Positions 19,301 through 29,300 of a stretch of DNA of 64,000 bases are shown piece by piece. Source of the DNA: Candidatus Thorarchaeota archaeon. Its GTDB lineage: Archaea; Asgardarchaeota; Thorarchaeia; Thorarchaeales; Thorarchaeaceae. The stretch is from positions 1 through 64,000 of the forward strand of contig SDNP01000012.1 in NCBI GenBank assembly GCA_004524445.1. Direction: 5' to 3'. A program made the position numbers and the translations under genes. Each line of letters begins with the position of its first letter. The stretch's first letter is position 1. Below the pieces are notes generated by a model. That model searched no databases. It was not told where the DNA came from and saw nothing but the letters and a program-made list of their open reading frames with translations.

Positions 19301-20986
19301 ATGGTACAAAGAAGTGAAACAAAGCCCCTTTCTGAAGACGAAGACATCCCTTTTGTAGAAGAAGCATATTTCACAGGAGCTAGGATTGGCGAGGCCATAG
19401 ATTGGTGCATTGAACGGAAGGATAGAGAATTACACTGTGAAGTTGAGGGAAGATTAAATTCAACAAACAAAGATGTAGAATTCAATGGAAGAATTCTCAC
19501 TGTTAAGAAAGGGCTCATCTCAAGGAAAATTGCGGTCATTATCAATGAGGATATGCAATCAAAACGGAGAGATGGGTTGGACGCAGTAGTGACAGTTGGG
19601 GGAAACACGAGTTCCCAAGAAGATGTCGCTGCCAGTCAAATCACTGTTCAAAACTACCTGAGAAGAGATATGTCCGGAGATCTCTATTATGATGGTCGTG
19701 ACCTACAACAGGCCGTCAAAGATGCCACGAAGATGCAAAAGAACCGGCAGATATCCTGCACTGTTTGGGGCAAGAGAATGTCGGACAAGTTACCCATTAC
19801 AATCAAGGGCAATCTAGTAGGCTCAGCGGCTTCCCCAGCCCCGATCCTTCCCGAAGGTTTCCTTGAGGTGCGTGTAGAACCCGAGGACTCAGTTGGAAGC
19901 CCCAAGATATTCACGGTTGTACAGCCACAATTGATTATAGGTCCCCGTACGGATCCCAATCTTACCGTTATCGCAGATAAGGTGTATATTCAGCCATTTT
20001 CATGGATTGAAACACCAGCGTATAGGAATGTGATTGAAACAAGGAATCTCACTGTGAAGGTAAGAAGCGGTAAGAAGATAATTGAGAATGTGTCCTTCTC
20101 TATCAAAGAAGGAGAGATGCTTGCAGTCATCGGAGAATCAGGTGCAGGAAAATCAACAACCATCAAAGCGTTGATTGGAGACATTCCAAGCACAGGAGTG
20201 GCCCGAATCGCGGGCATAGACTCACGGAATGCTCAGAAAGTGCGCTATTTCTTTGGTTACTGCCCGCAGGACCTCTCGTACATGTATGAAACGTTTACAC
20301 CTCTCGAAAACATCATTGCTTTCGGGAAGCAGTATGACATAGCAGAGTGGCAGTTGATCCAAGAAGGAAAGACACTGCTTCGTGACTTTGGCATTCTAGA
20401 GAAGGGCAACAGCCCAGTAAAGGAGCTAAGCGGTGGACAACAACGTAGGGTTTCAATTGCGATGGCGCTGGTTCATCGTCCGAAAGTACTTCTGATGGAC
20501 GAACCAACTTCCGGTCTGGATCCGGACAATAGAAATGAGCTTTGGCAGTTTCTTGATTATATCAACCAAGAATATGGCACCTCAATGGTAGTCATTACTC
20601 ACTATCCAATAGAAGCAGAATTCTGCGATAAGGTAGCAGTATTCATGCGTGGTAAGAGCCTTGTGGCATTTGGCACGCCGGCGAACCTAAAGGCCTCAAT
20701 GCCAAATAGGGGATTCTCAGTAGGTGTAGTCCTGGAAGAAGTTGACCCCCGAGCCCGGCCGACCCTTGAAGAGGTTGAGGGAGTCACTTTCGTGCTTCAG
20801 CGGGGAGAATTAGTCAAAGTCTTCACGGAGGAGCCGCTTCAAATTATCGCAGAAAGATGTGTAGAAGCCCTCTCTTCAAAAGGAATTGAAGTGAAGATTG
20901 TAAAGACAAAGGCAGTGGCCGATATGGTTGATTATTACATCGCCGTAACAAGAGGCCTAATCACCGGCACCATAGAGAAATCATAA
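19301..20986 (+). CDS. ABC ATPase with tandem TrmB-sugar-binding-like N-terminal domains
   Basis: GESGAGKST, LSGGQ, LLMDEPTSGLD, ITH; about 240-aa N-extension with two repeats incl. VTVGGNTSSQED. Confidence 0.88.
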   Translation: MVQRSETKPLSEDEDIPFVEEAYFTGARIGEAIDWCIERKDRELHCEVEGRLNSTNKDVEFNGRILTVKKGLISRKIAVIINEDMQSKRRDGLDAVVTVGGNTSSQEDVAASQITVQNYLRRDMSGDLYYDGRDLQQAVKDATKMQKNRQISCTVWGKRMSDKLPITIKGNLVGSAASPAPILPEGFLEVRVEPEDSVGSPKIFTVVQPQLIIGPRTDPNLTVIADKVYIQPFSWIETPAYRNVIETRNLTVKVRSGKKIIENVSFSIKEGEMLAVIGESGAGKSTTIKALIGDIPSTGVARIAGIDSRNAQKVRYFFGYCPQDLSYMYETFTPLENIIAFGKQYDIAEWQLIQEGKTLLRDFGILEKGNSPVKELSGGQQRRVSIAMALVHRPKVLLMDEPTSGLDPDNRNELWQFLDYINQEYGTSMVVITHYPIEAEFCDKVAVFMRGKSLVAFGTPANLKASMPNRGFSVGVVLEEVDPRARPTLEEVEGVTFVLQRGELVKVFTEEPLQIIAERCVEALSSKGIEVKIVKTKAVADMVDYYIAVTRGLITGTIEKS

Positions 20987-21007
20987 ATCCAGAGAGGAGG
21001 AAAAGGA

Positions 21008-24000
21008 TTGAGCGCACAAAAATGGGTAGCAGTTCTCTTGATGCTAGTATTTGCGTTGAGTCTGATTGCTCCAATACATTCAGCCCCTATTGAACGAGAT
21101 TCGCCTCAACCGAAGAACAAAATCGACCAGAGATTATTCAACGCCACATCGAAAAATGCGCCAGTGGACACGCTGGTGCGATATGATTCAGACATATCTG
21201 AATACCAAATAGAGAATGCCATATCATTGATTGACGCATATGCTGAGATTCCACAAACCTTTCAAGAACTGAATATGATGCGCGTGAAGTTAGCAGGAGA
21301 AGCGCTCTCGGATTTAGCTGAACTGGACTACATCCGTAAAATCTGGTCAAATGAAATACTGAAACTGAACCCTCTGAATTTCACCCAATCGAAATCTACA
21401 GAAGACTACGTATCACCAGTCGATCTCATTGGAGCCAGGGATCTTTGGGACATGGGGTACAATGGATCAGGCTCAGTCATTGCCATACTCGATACTGGTG
21501 TTGACTTTACACATCCCGACCTTGATGATTTTGATAATTATTCAGGCAATGCACTCGGGTCCAAAGTTACTGCGTTTGCCTCCTTTGTTGAAGCAGACTC
21601 TCTTCCCTTTGATCTCATCGGTCACGGTACATATGCGGCCTCTATCGTAGCCGGTACAGGAAACAAATCTAATCGCGTATATTCTGGAATCGCACCTGGC
21701 GCAACTCTTCTTTCGGGCAAGGTTACATTGGGTGGTCTATTCGCCTTGCCGAGTTGGATTGTTTCTGGCATTGAATGGGCAGCTAGTAGAGGAGCCGATG
21801 TGATCCTCATGCCCTTCAATACTTTTGGGGCTCCTGGCGATGCTGTTTCAGAGGCAGTCAAAATTGCAGTTCAGCGTGGAATATTCGTTGTAGCTGCCGC
21901 AGGAGACGATGGTCCAGATTACCTCACCGTGATGTCACCCGGTGGCATAGCAGAGTGCTTCACTGTTGGAGCCTATGATTCTAAACTCGATATGGTTCCT
22001 GATTTTTCAGGGAGAGGACCATCCCTAGGTCTTATCACCAAACCCGACCTTGTTGCTCCAGGCGTTGGGATTGTTGGGGCAAAGCCGGGAGCAGCTCTTG
22101 CCGAGTCAGGATTCACCGGATTTGACCTCCAAGATTTGAGTGGATTCTCCGCATTGCTTGGCGGCCAATTGGGGGAGAGTGTAGACGATTACTACGTACG
22201 AGGAGATACAACAGCAGCAAGTGCAGCCATCGTAGCAGGGGCTGCCTCGTTATTAATGGAGGCATTCGATAGAGCAACTCCAATAGTAATTGCAAATACT
22301 CTACGTGATACAGCAACGCCCCTAGATTATGGTGCTAATGATGCAGGCGCAGGCCTACTCAATCTTCCAGCAGCCTTTGATGAATTGAGTAGAAAACAAA
22401 GGCCAATTTCGACACATAACAGAACAACGGGAATACCTCTTCTAGCGTTTGGCCTCCTGACATCTTCAGGGTTGAATGCAGAAACAACACTCTTGATGAG
22501 TAGCTTTGGAACAAGCATAGTAGCTCTAGACGAGAGAGATAACCAAGAAGGCTCGATTCATTTGTTGATGGGGATGTTTTCTATAAAATGGAATGACCTT
22601 GAGCCAATGAGTCTGATGAATTTCAATGTAAAGAGAGAATTGCACCAAGTTGCCCTTGCCTCGCAGCAGAGTAATTACAACAGATGGGTAGGCGTTCTCT
22701 CATACGATGAGCAGGTGTATTTGACACTACTAGTAGAGTCGTATAATCTCACTCTGTTCGAGGAAACCTCAACTACAGCTTTCAAAATCACCCCGTACAT
22801 CTTGAATCTTGGTATGAACCCTATTTACAACGTGAGTCTCTATCTTGATTACTCGCTTGATCTGTTCCTAGATGGCCGTGATGATTATGGAAGGTATGCG
22901 CTGGGGAATCAACAGCTATTTGCCTATGGAATTTCGGAGGATAATCGCAATTTCTACTTCGGCATGAACTCCAGCATGCCGCTCTCAGCTTTTGAAGTTG
23001 GTAACTCTTCAGAAGTGTCTGACCATGTGTCATCAGACAATCTCACGGGAAACACACAATTCTATGGAGACGTCGGCCTTGGCATGAAATGGAACTTTGG
23101 CACATTAGACCCAAACGAATTAAGTAATGTGACAATTTCCATCGGATTCGGCGCAAATCGAACCACACTTGATGCATCAATCAGGAGAATGTGGGAACTT
23201 GAGCCACCTGCCACTTTCTCACAACGCGGAGACCTCCTTGTCGTTGAAGCAGATATACCCCGAACGGCTCAGACCAATCAGAATTATCAGTCACGTGCGG
23301 TTATTATGAATATTGGAGTAGAGAGTAGTCAGGCAGTGGCAATTCTAGCTATTGCGAATGGCTCACAGCAAGAGGGGACGGCCTTCACACGATATTTCTC
23401 ATTTGATGAAATTGAACCATTTAATGCTCGAGTCATAACGACCGAATGGAGCCCAGTAGAAGAAGGAATTCACACAGCTGCGTGGGCGGTGGCCACGGGA
23501 TTCGAATTTGCATTGCAGCTAGTCGCTAGTCCTACCGAAACGCTTTCAACAAGTGGAGTGAGTCTCTTGGATGACTTTCTTCTGAGAGACCTCTTTGTGA
23601 TATCGCCAATTCGGTCAACGTCGATTTTTCCAAAAGAAGTGCCATTTGGACCATTTGATTTGCGTTTTCCTATAGACTTTGGACTCTATTATTTCACTCT
23701 ATCAACCACCGTGAGTCTAGGGAACTTGACCGTAGAAAAGTATGGCAATGCTGCTGATTGGGGAAATATCACACTTCCATCCTCTGAGGATGTAGACGGA
23801 TTTTACAACTTCTCCTTATTCACACTAGTACCGCCAATCACAGTTGACGGATATCACAGATGTGACTACGTGTTGAATTCCGAATTTGGCTGGTCGATGA
23901 ATCTTACTCTAGAGAGCAATTTGGAATATCCTCGTGCAATGATGCTACTTGATACGTCTCACGGAGGTGGGTTTGGTGCGTTTGGAAATTTTGGAGGAGG

Positions 24001-25372
24001 GATATCTGTAGATATTGGAGGTGATAGCGGAGGTCTGCCCAGCTTCCCACTAGCACAGGATACAGGTCAACAGGATGGCGAGGAGGGACTGGACTTTCAG
24101 TTTGGTGTAGGAGATATTGATTCGATAGGTTCTTTGACAGATATGCTGGAGTCTTTTAGACTCACTACGTTCTCGGGCTTATCCAGCATGAAGAAGCAGA
24201 TGGCGGATGCCGGTCTAAACCTCATCGAAACGCCGGGAATAGAACTGGAAAGCGCGCTTCTTTCTCAATTCTCTTCTATCTTTATGTTCCAGCCATCGGA
24301 GGGCTTCAACAGTACAGATGTGAGTACGCTTAGAACTTTTTCCGCGAGCTATGGTAAGCTGATATTGTTTGGAGATTCCGATGACAGAGCGAATCTTACG
24401 GGAATAAACCAACTGCTACAACCGTACGGTTACCGCATGCAGGGTAAACACGAATCAGAAAATACAACCGGGATTTATCAGAATTCCATTCTTGGAAAAG
24501 GAATGACCTGTATGTGGCTTGGCGGTGGAACCTTCATTGAAAACAATCAATCACGCGCCCAAGTAGGACTAAATGGAAGACCTGTTGTGCTCTTGGATCA
24601 TACACGCCCGGAACTGGCATTATTTGGATCCTCACGGATATTCATGAACAAACACCTCGTGAAATGTAATAATAGTATTCTATTGGATAACCTCATAGAA
24701 TATCTGTTGAGAGATACGCTGACAACCGAAACGAGCCTCTCAGAAGACACGAACCGATTCCCCGTCGGAAAGAGTGTCTATGTAAATCTGAAGGTTTGGG
24801 ATTATTATGGTGATCCTGTTGACGACCTCACGGTGGCAATTGCGTTTGAACTGCCAAACGGCAACTTCTCCTATTTCATTGCCGGGTTTGTCGAGGATGG
24901 GCTATACTCATCGCAGTTTCTGCCATCCTATTGGAGTTCAAATGGAACTATTAACGGAATATTCATAGTTTTGAGAGAAGAATACGCTGGTACTTACGCC
25001 AGTGTGACTTTTGAGCTATATACCACCCCACCTACTAATGGCACAAGAAATGGCGAGCCTCTCTTCACCTTAGTCCAAGTTGCATTTGTCACATCCATTG
25101 GCATTTTTGGAGTTGTCTTGGTCGGTCTAGCTTGGAACAAATACCGAAGAGGGGTCCGCCTTAGAATACCGGAGATAGATACGGAATTGGGTCAGGATAT
25201 TGACAACACGTTGAATATGTTGCTCGCTGTCTTCACGCAAATGGAAGATGTGATTCAACGGGACGACTTGGATCGGATTCAGAAGATTGAGGCATTGCGG
25301 AGTTTGATGGTGAGCATGGAGAAGGCTCAAGAGGAGTATGAAGATGTTAGCGACAGAGTAGGAGGTGTATAG
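21008..25372 (+). CDS. Membrane-anchored S8 subtilase homolog, probably inactive, with GIFT-like domain
   Basis: Signal peptide, prodomain-like region, LDTGVD, GHGT, KPDLVAPG; GDTTAASAAIVAG replaces GTSMAxPxVAG; C-terminal TM and helical tail. Confidence 0.85.
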   Translation: MSAQKWVAVLLMLVFALSLIAPIHSAPIERDSPQPKNKIDQRLFNATSKNAPVDTLVRYDSDISEYQIENAISLIDAYAEIPQTFQELNMMRVKLAGEALSDLAELDYIRKIWSNEILKLNPLNFTQSKSTEDYVSPVDLIGARDLWDMGYNGSGSVIAILDTGVDFTHPDLDDFDNYSGNALGSKVTAFASFVEADSLPFDLIGHGTYAASIVAGTGNKSNRVYSGIAPGATLLSGKVTLGGLFALPSWIVSGIEWAASRGADVILMPFNTFGAPGDAVSEAVKIAVQRGIFVVAAAGDDGPDYLTVMSPGGIAECFTVGAYDSKLDMVPDFSGRGPSLGLITKPDLVAPGVGIVGAKPGAALAESGFTGFDLQDLSGFSALLGGQLGESVDDYYVRGDTTAASAAIVAGAASLLMEAFDRATPIVIANTLRDTATPLDYGANDAGAGLLNLPAAFDELSRKQRPISTHNRTTGIPLLAFGLLTSSGLNAETTLLMSSFGTSIVALDERDNQEGSIHLLMGMFSIKWNDLEPMSLMNFNVKRELHQVALASQQSNYNRWVGVLSYDEQVYLTLLVESYNLTLFEETSTTAFKITPYILNLGMNPIYNVSLYLDYSLDLFLDGRDDYGRYALGNQQLFAYGISEDNRNFYFGMNSSMPLSAFEVGNSSEVSDHVSSDNLTGNTQFYGDVGLGMKWNFGTLDPNELSNVTISIGFGANRTTLDASIRRMWELEPPATFSQRGDLLVVEADIPRTAQTNQNYQSRAVIMNIGVESSQAVAILAIANGSQQEGTAFTRYFSFDEIEPFNARVITTEWSPVEEGIHTAAWAVATGFEFALQLVASPTETLSTSGVSLLDDFLLRDLFVISPIRSTSIFPKEVPFGPFDLRFPIDFGLYYFTLSTTVSLGNLTVEKYGNAADWGNITLPSSEDVDGFYNFSLFTLVPPITVDGYHRCDYVLNSEFGWSMNLTLESNLEYPRAMMLLDTSHGGGFGAFGNFGGGISVDIGGDSGGLPSFPLAQDTGQQDGEEGLDFQFGVGDIDSIGSLTDMLESFRLTTFSGLSSMKKQMADAGLNLIETPGIELESALLSQFSSIFMFQPSEGFNSTDVSTLRTFSASYGKLILFGDSDDRANLTGINQLLQPYGYRMQGKHESENTTGIYQNSILGKGMTCMWLGGGTFIENNQSRAQVGLNGRPVVLLDHTRPELALFGSSRIFMNKHLVKCNNSILLDNLIEYLLRDTLTTETSLSEDTNRFPVGKSVYVNLKVWDYYGDPVDDLTVAIAFELPNGNFSYFIAGFVEDGLYSSQFLPSYWSSNGTINGIFIVLREEYAGTYASVTFELYTTPPTNGTRNGEPLFTLVQVAFVTSIGIFGVVLVGLAWNKYRRGVRLRIPEIDTELGQDIDNTLNMLLAVFTQMEDVIQRDDLDRIQKIEALRSLMVSMEKAQEEYEDVSDRVGGV

Positions 25373-26354
25373 ATTGGTTGAGAAGAGGGTAAAAGAAATA
25401 GTCGTTGAGGACCTCAAAGTTGCTTTCGGTGACTTTTACGCACTGAAGGGGGTTTCTTTCTTCGCCAACAAAGGCGAATTCCTAGGCATTATCGGGGCCT
25501 CGGGAGCCGGAAAGACGACGGTCCTGAGAGTGCTAACGGGACAACTCAGTCCCACCGATGGAAGGGCATTCGTTGGAGGCATGGATGTGACGAAGAAGAA
25601 GGACCTCATCAGTCTACTTGTGGGATATGTTCCCCAACTTGAGCACATCAGCCTGTATTACGACTTCTCAGCTCTTCAAAATGCCCAATTCTTTGGAAGG
25701 CTCTTTGGAATGAGACCCAAGGAGATAGAGGAGCGAGCAAGACAAGTACTCACGATTCTTGGATTTGATGAGGAACTGATGACCAAGGATGTCGACAAAT
25801 TGTCTGGTGGAGAACGAAAGAGGGTTTCCATTAGTTTGGGGATGATTCACGACCCTCCAGTTTTGTTGTTGGACGAACCGACTACCGGTCTGGATGCGCA
25901 CCTTAGGCATGAAACACTAAACTACTTGAAGGAATTAAATTTCGAGCTCGGTACCACTCAGGTGATTATATCCCATGATCTTGAAATCGTAGATTACTGT
26001 ACTCGCGTTGTCCTATTAGAGAATGGATATGTGAGCCAGTTTGGTACTCCCGAGGATCTCATCTCCACTCTCCCTGGACAGGGTGAGAGCCTGAAGGTTG
26101 TCCTCCAAAGCATGTCCCGACCGGTCTTAGATAAACTCAGCAAAATCGAAGGAGTAGAATACATGGCCCGGTCCGGCAGAAATGCTCTCAAGCTGTTTAT
26201 TGACGAGCCCGCGGAACATATGTTGCCTGTTGTGCAGGAGCTCAACGAGTTAGAATTACCATATGAGGAGATCAGCATCGTGGAGGCAGATTTCTTCGAT
26301 TATTTCCAAGTAAAGCCCTGGAAAGAAAAGGGCAAAGGAGTGGTTGTACCATGA
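25365..26354 (+). CDS. ABC transporter ATP-binding protein
   Basis: GASGAGKTT, LSGGE, LLLDEPTTGLD, ISHD; overlaps both neighbours. Confidence 0.93.
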   Translation: MYRLVEKRVKEIVVEDLKVAFGDFYALKGVSFFANKGEFLGIIGASGAGKTTVLRVLTGQLSPTDGRAFVGGMDVTKKKDLISLLVGYVPQLEHISLYYDFSALQNAQFFGRLFGMRPKEIEERARQVLTILGFDEELMTKDVDKLSGGERKRVSISLGMIHDPPVLLLDEPTTGLDAHLRHETLNYLKELNFELGTTQVIISHDLEIVDYCTRVVLLENGYVSQFGTPEDLISTLPGQGESLKVVLQSMSRPVLDKLSKIEGVEYMARSGRNALKLFIDEPAEHMLPVVQELNELELPYEEISIVEADFFDYFQVKPWKEKGKGVVVP

Positions 26355-29300
26355 AGGCCTATCAGATTGCATTGGCAGTTGTGTTATTTTGTGTGATTGT
26401 GGGATTGCAGAGCACTGCAGTTAATCCCACAACCCAAGGAGAGGTGTTTTCCATTCAGCATCCCCCTATGCAGCTGTCGCAATTGACTCCTTACGAAACT
26501 GCACTGGTATGGTCTAACACTACAGATGGCACGATTGTTGACATTGTCGTTGGTAATTTTGATGGAGATGCTAATGCCGAGGTCACGATAGTCACTCAGA
26601 ATGGAACGCTATTCATTCTTGATTCAGACGGGACTGAGATTGTTCAACTCACACTCAATGGTGTACCGAGGTCTCTTGATGTACTCACAGCTGATGGCGA
26701 TGCCATCGATGAAATTGTCATAGGCACAAGCGACGGAATTGTGATACTATCGGCAAATGGAACTGTGGTAGCCAATGTGACACTGAGTTCCTCTGTTGAA
26801 GTAGTGGCCTCTGCTGACCTGGATGGAGATGGAATACATGAGGTGATTGCCGGGTCCAGCAGTGGACGAGTCTACGCCTATGCGGTTAATTCATCTCAAC
26901 TCTGGAATTACACATCCAGTGGAGCAATAACGGTGCTGCACACTGGGGATATAGATTTGGATGGTAAGGAGGAAGTACTCTCTGGAAGTAGCCTCGGTGC
27001 TGTGGCAATGTTGAATGAGAGTGGCGGGTTGGTCTTTTCAAAGACAGCGTCGTCAGCAATACAAGTCGCCGCATTGGCTGACACCACTGGCACAGCAGAG
27101 TTGGAAGTGCTATACGGAGACGCATCTGGCAATATCCGTGAGTTCTGGAGAAATGGTACCCTCAGAATGTCACTGACCCTGCAGGATGCAATTTCCTCCC
27201 TGGAAGTAGGCGACCTCCTCTCGGGAGGTGTCAGGGAAATTGCAGTTGGTACGACAGGGAGTGAGCTGCGTGTCTATAACTCGTCATACCATCTGCAGTG
27301 GAACAAGACACTTGCGAATACGGTTTCTGCCATCTTATTCTCTGATGTGGGAGGTCTTCCCAGTGATCAGCTCTTGGCAGGTGTAGATGGTGGTTCCATT
27401 CAAATCTTCAATGCGACGGGACGGTCTATCTCTCAGACGGATATCACCGGTTTCTCAGGTGTGCTAGACGACGGTGACTTGGACAACAACGGGAGAATGG
27501 AGTTCATTGTGGGTACTGATACCGCCGAAGTAGCGGCATACGGCAAAGACCACGACAAAGATGGCTTGGCTGATGCCAGAGAGACCCTGATTGAGGGCAC
27601 AGACCCTTCGAAGGCTGACACCGATGGCGATCGGCTAAGTGATGGGGAAGAGGTCTTGGAATATGGCACGGATCCGTTGAACCCAGATTCAGATGGTGAT
27701 GGTCTAAACGACTTTGCAGAGGTAATCACGTATGGTACCGACCCGAACTCACCAGACTCAGACGGCGATGGCCTGACGGATTGGCAGGAAGTGTATCTGG
27801 GAACTGACCCGAACCTGGCTGATACCGACGGTGATGGCCTGACAGATTACGAGGAGAATAATGTCACGAAGACCTCACCCACCATGGCCGATTCAAACGG
27901 GAACGGTATCAACGATGCACAGGACGATAACGATGGTGACGGTCTGACCAACATACAGGAAGTTCGTATCACCCTAACCGATCCCAATGACGTGGACACC
28001 AACAACAACGGGATATCAGACTACTATGACGATGAGGATGGTGATGGCCTGGCGAATTGGAAGGAAATTGAACTCGGAACAGGCGTCCATAATCCAGACA
28101 GCGACGGAGACGGCCTCCTTGATGGAGAAGAGGTGAAGACGTACAAGACAGACCCACTCGATGAGGACACCGATGGAGATGGACTGACCGACTATGAAGA
28201 AGTCAAGATTGTTGGCTCAGACCCGACAAAGAGTGATACAGACGGGGATGGATTGAACGATTACGAGGAGTATGTAACCTATGGCACAAATGTGACCAAC
28301 AGTGACACCGATGGAGATGGACTCACCGACTACGAAGAGATTAGAGTCTACAGCACCGACCCCTTAGTGGCTGACTCGGATGGTGACAACATCAGTGATG
28401 GTGACGAGGTTCTCATATACGAAACAGATCCGAACTCAGAAGACACAGACCTCGATCAGCTAAGCGATTATGACGAGATCTTCATCTACAACACGGACCC
28501 ATTGTCGAGCGATACAGATTCAGATGGATTAGATGATTATGCAGAGGTCATGGTTTGGGGGACGGATCCCAACTCTGCTGATACAGATGATGACGGCATT
28601 TTAGACAAGGATGAAATTGATTTCTATCCTACTTTCAACGCGACCAACGCATATACCTTCAATGATACCATCAACGACTACGAATGGGATACTGATGGGG
28701 ATGGGCTGTGGAATGGTCACGAGTTCTACCTGACCAGAACAAACCCGAATAGAACTGACTCAGATTTGGACGGGATTCCCGATGACCAAGAGGACTTGGA
28801 CCTCGATGGATTGACCAACTATGAGGAGCTGTATATCTATGGAACGCATCCGCGTCGGCCAGATACCGATGGAGATGGAGTGAAGGATGGAGACGAGGTT
28901 CTCATCCTTGGGACAGACCCACTTGATACCGATTCAAACGACAATGGCGTCAGCGACTATGACGAGGACTTCGATGGAGATGGCCTAAGCAACGGTATCG
29001 AGCTCTACATCACAAATACTGATCCCCTCAACGCATATACCCATGGTCCCAGTGAACCCCGCGACGATATGTACGACTCTGATGGCGACGGACTTCCCAA
29101 CTGGTTTGGAGTCGAGATGACAGGCACAGACCCACTGTATGATGATTCCAACGACAATGGTATTCTAGATGGCGATGAAGACCCCGATGGCGATGGCCTC
29201 TCAAACTACGAGGAATATCTAGCGGGAACAGACCCTCTCAACGAGGATACAGATTCAGATGGCCTGACTGACTATGAAGAAGTAATGTTAACGCTGACAG

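Noticed and set aside
22199-22207. RGD motif in the pseudoprotease as a ligand for the integrin-like propeller
   Set aside because: A tripeptide expected by chance in 1454 aa, and no integrin beta-type partner is present
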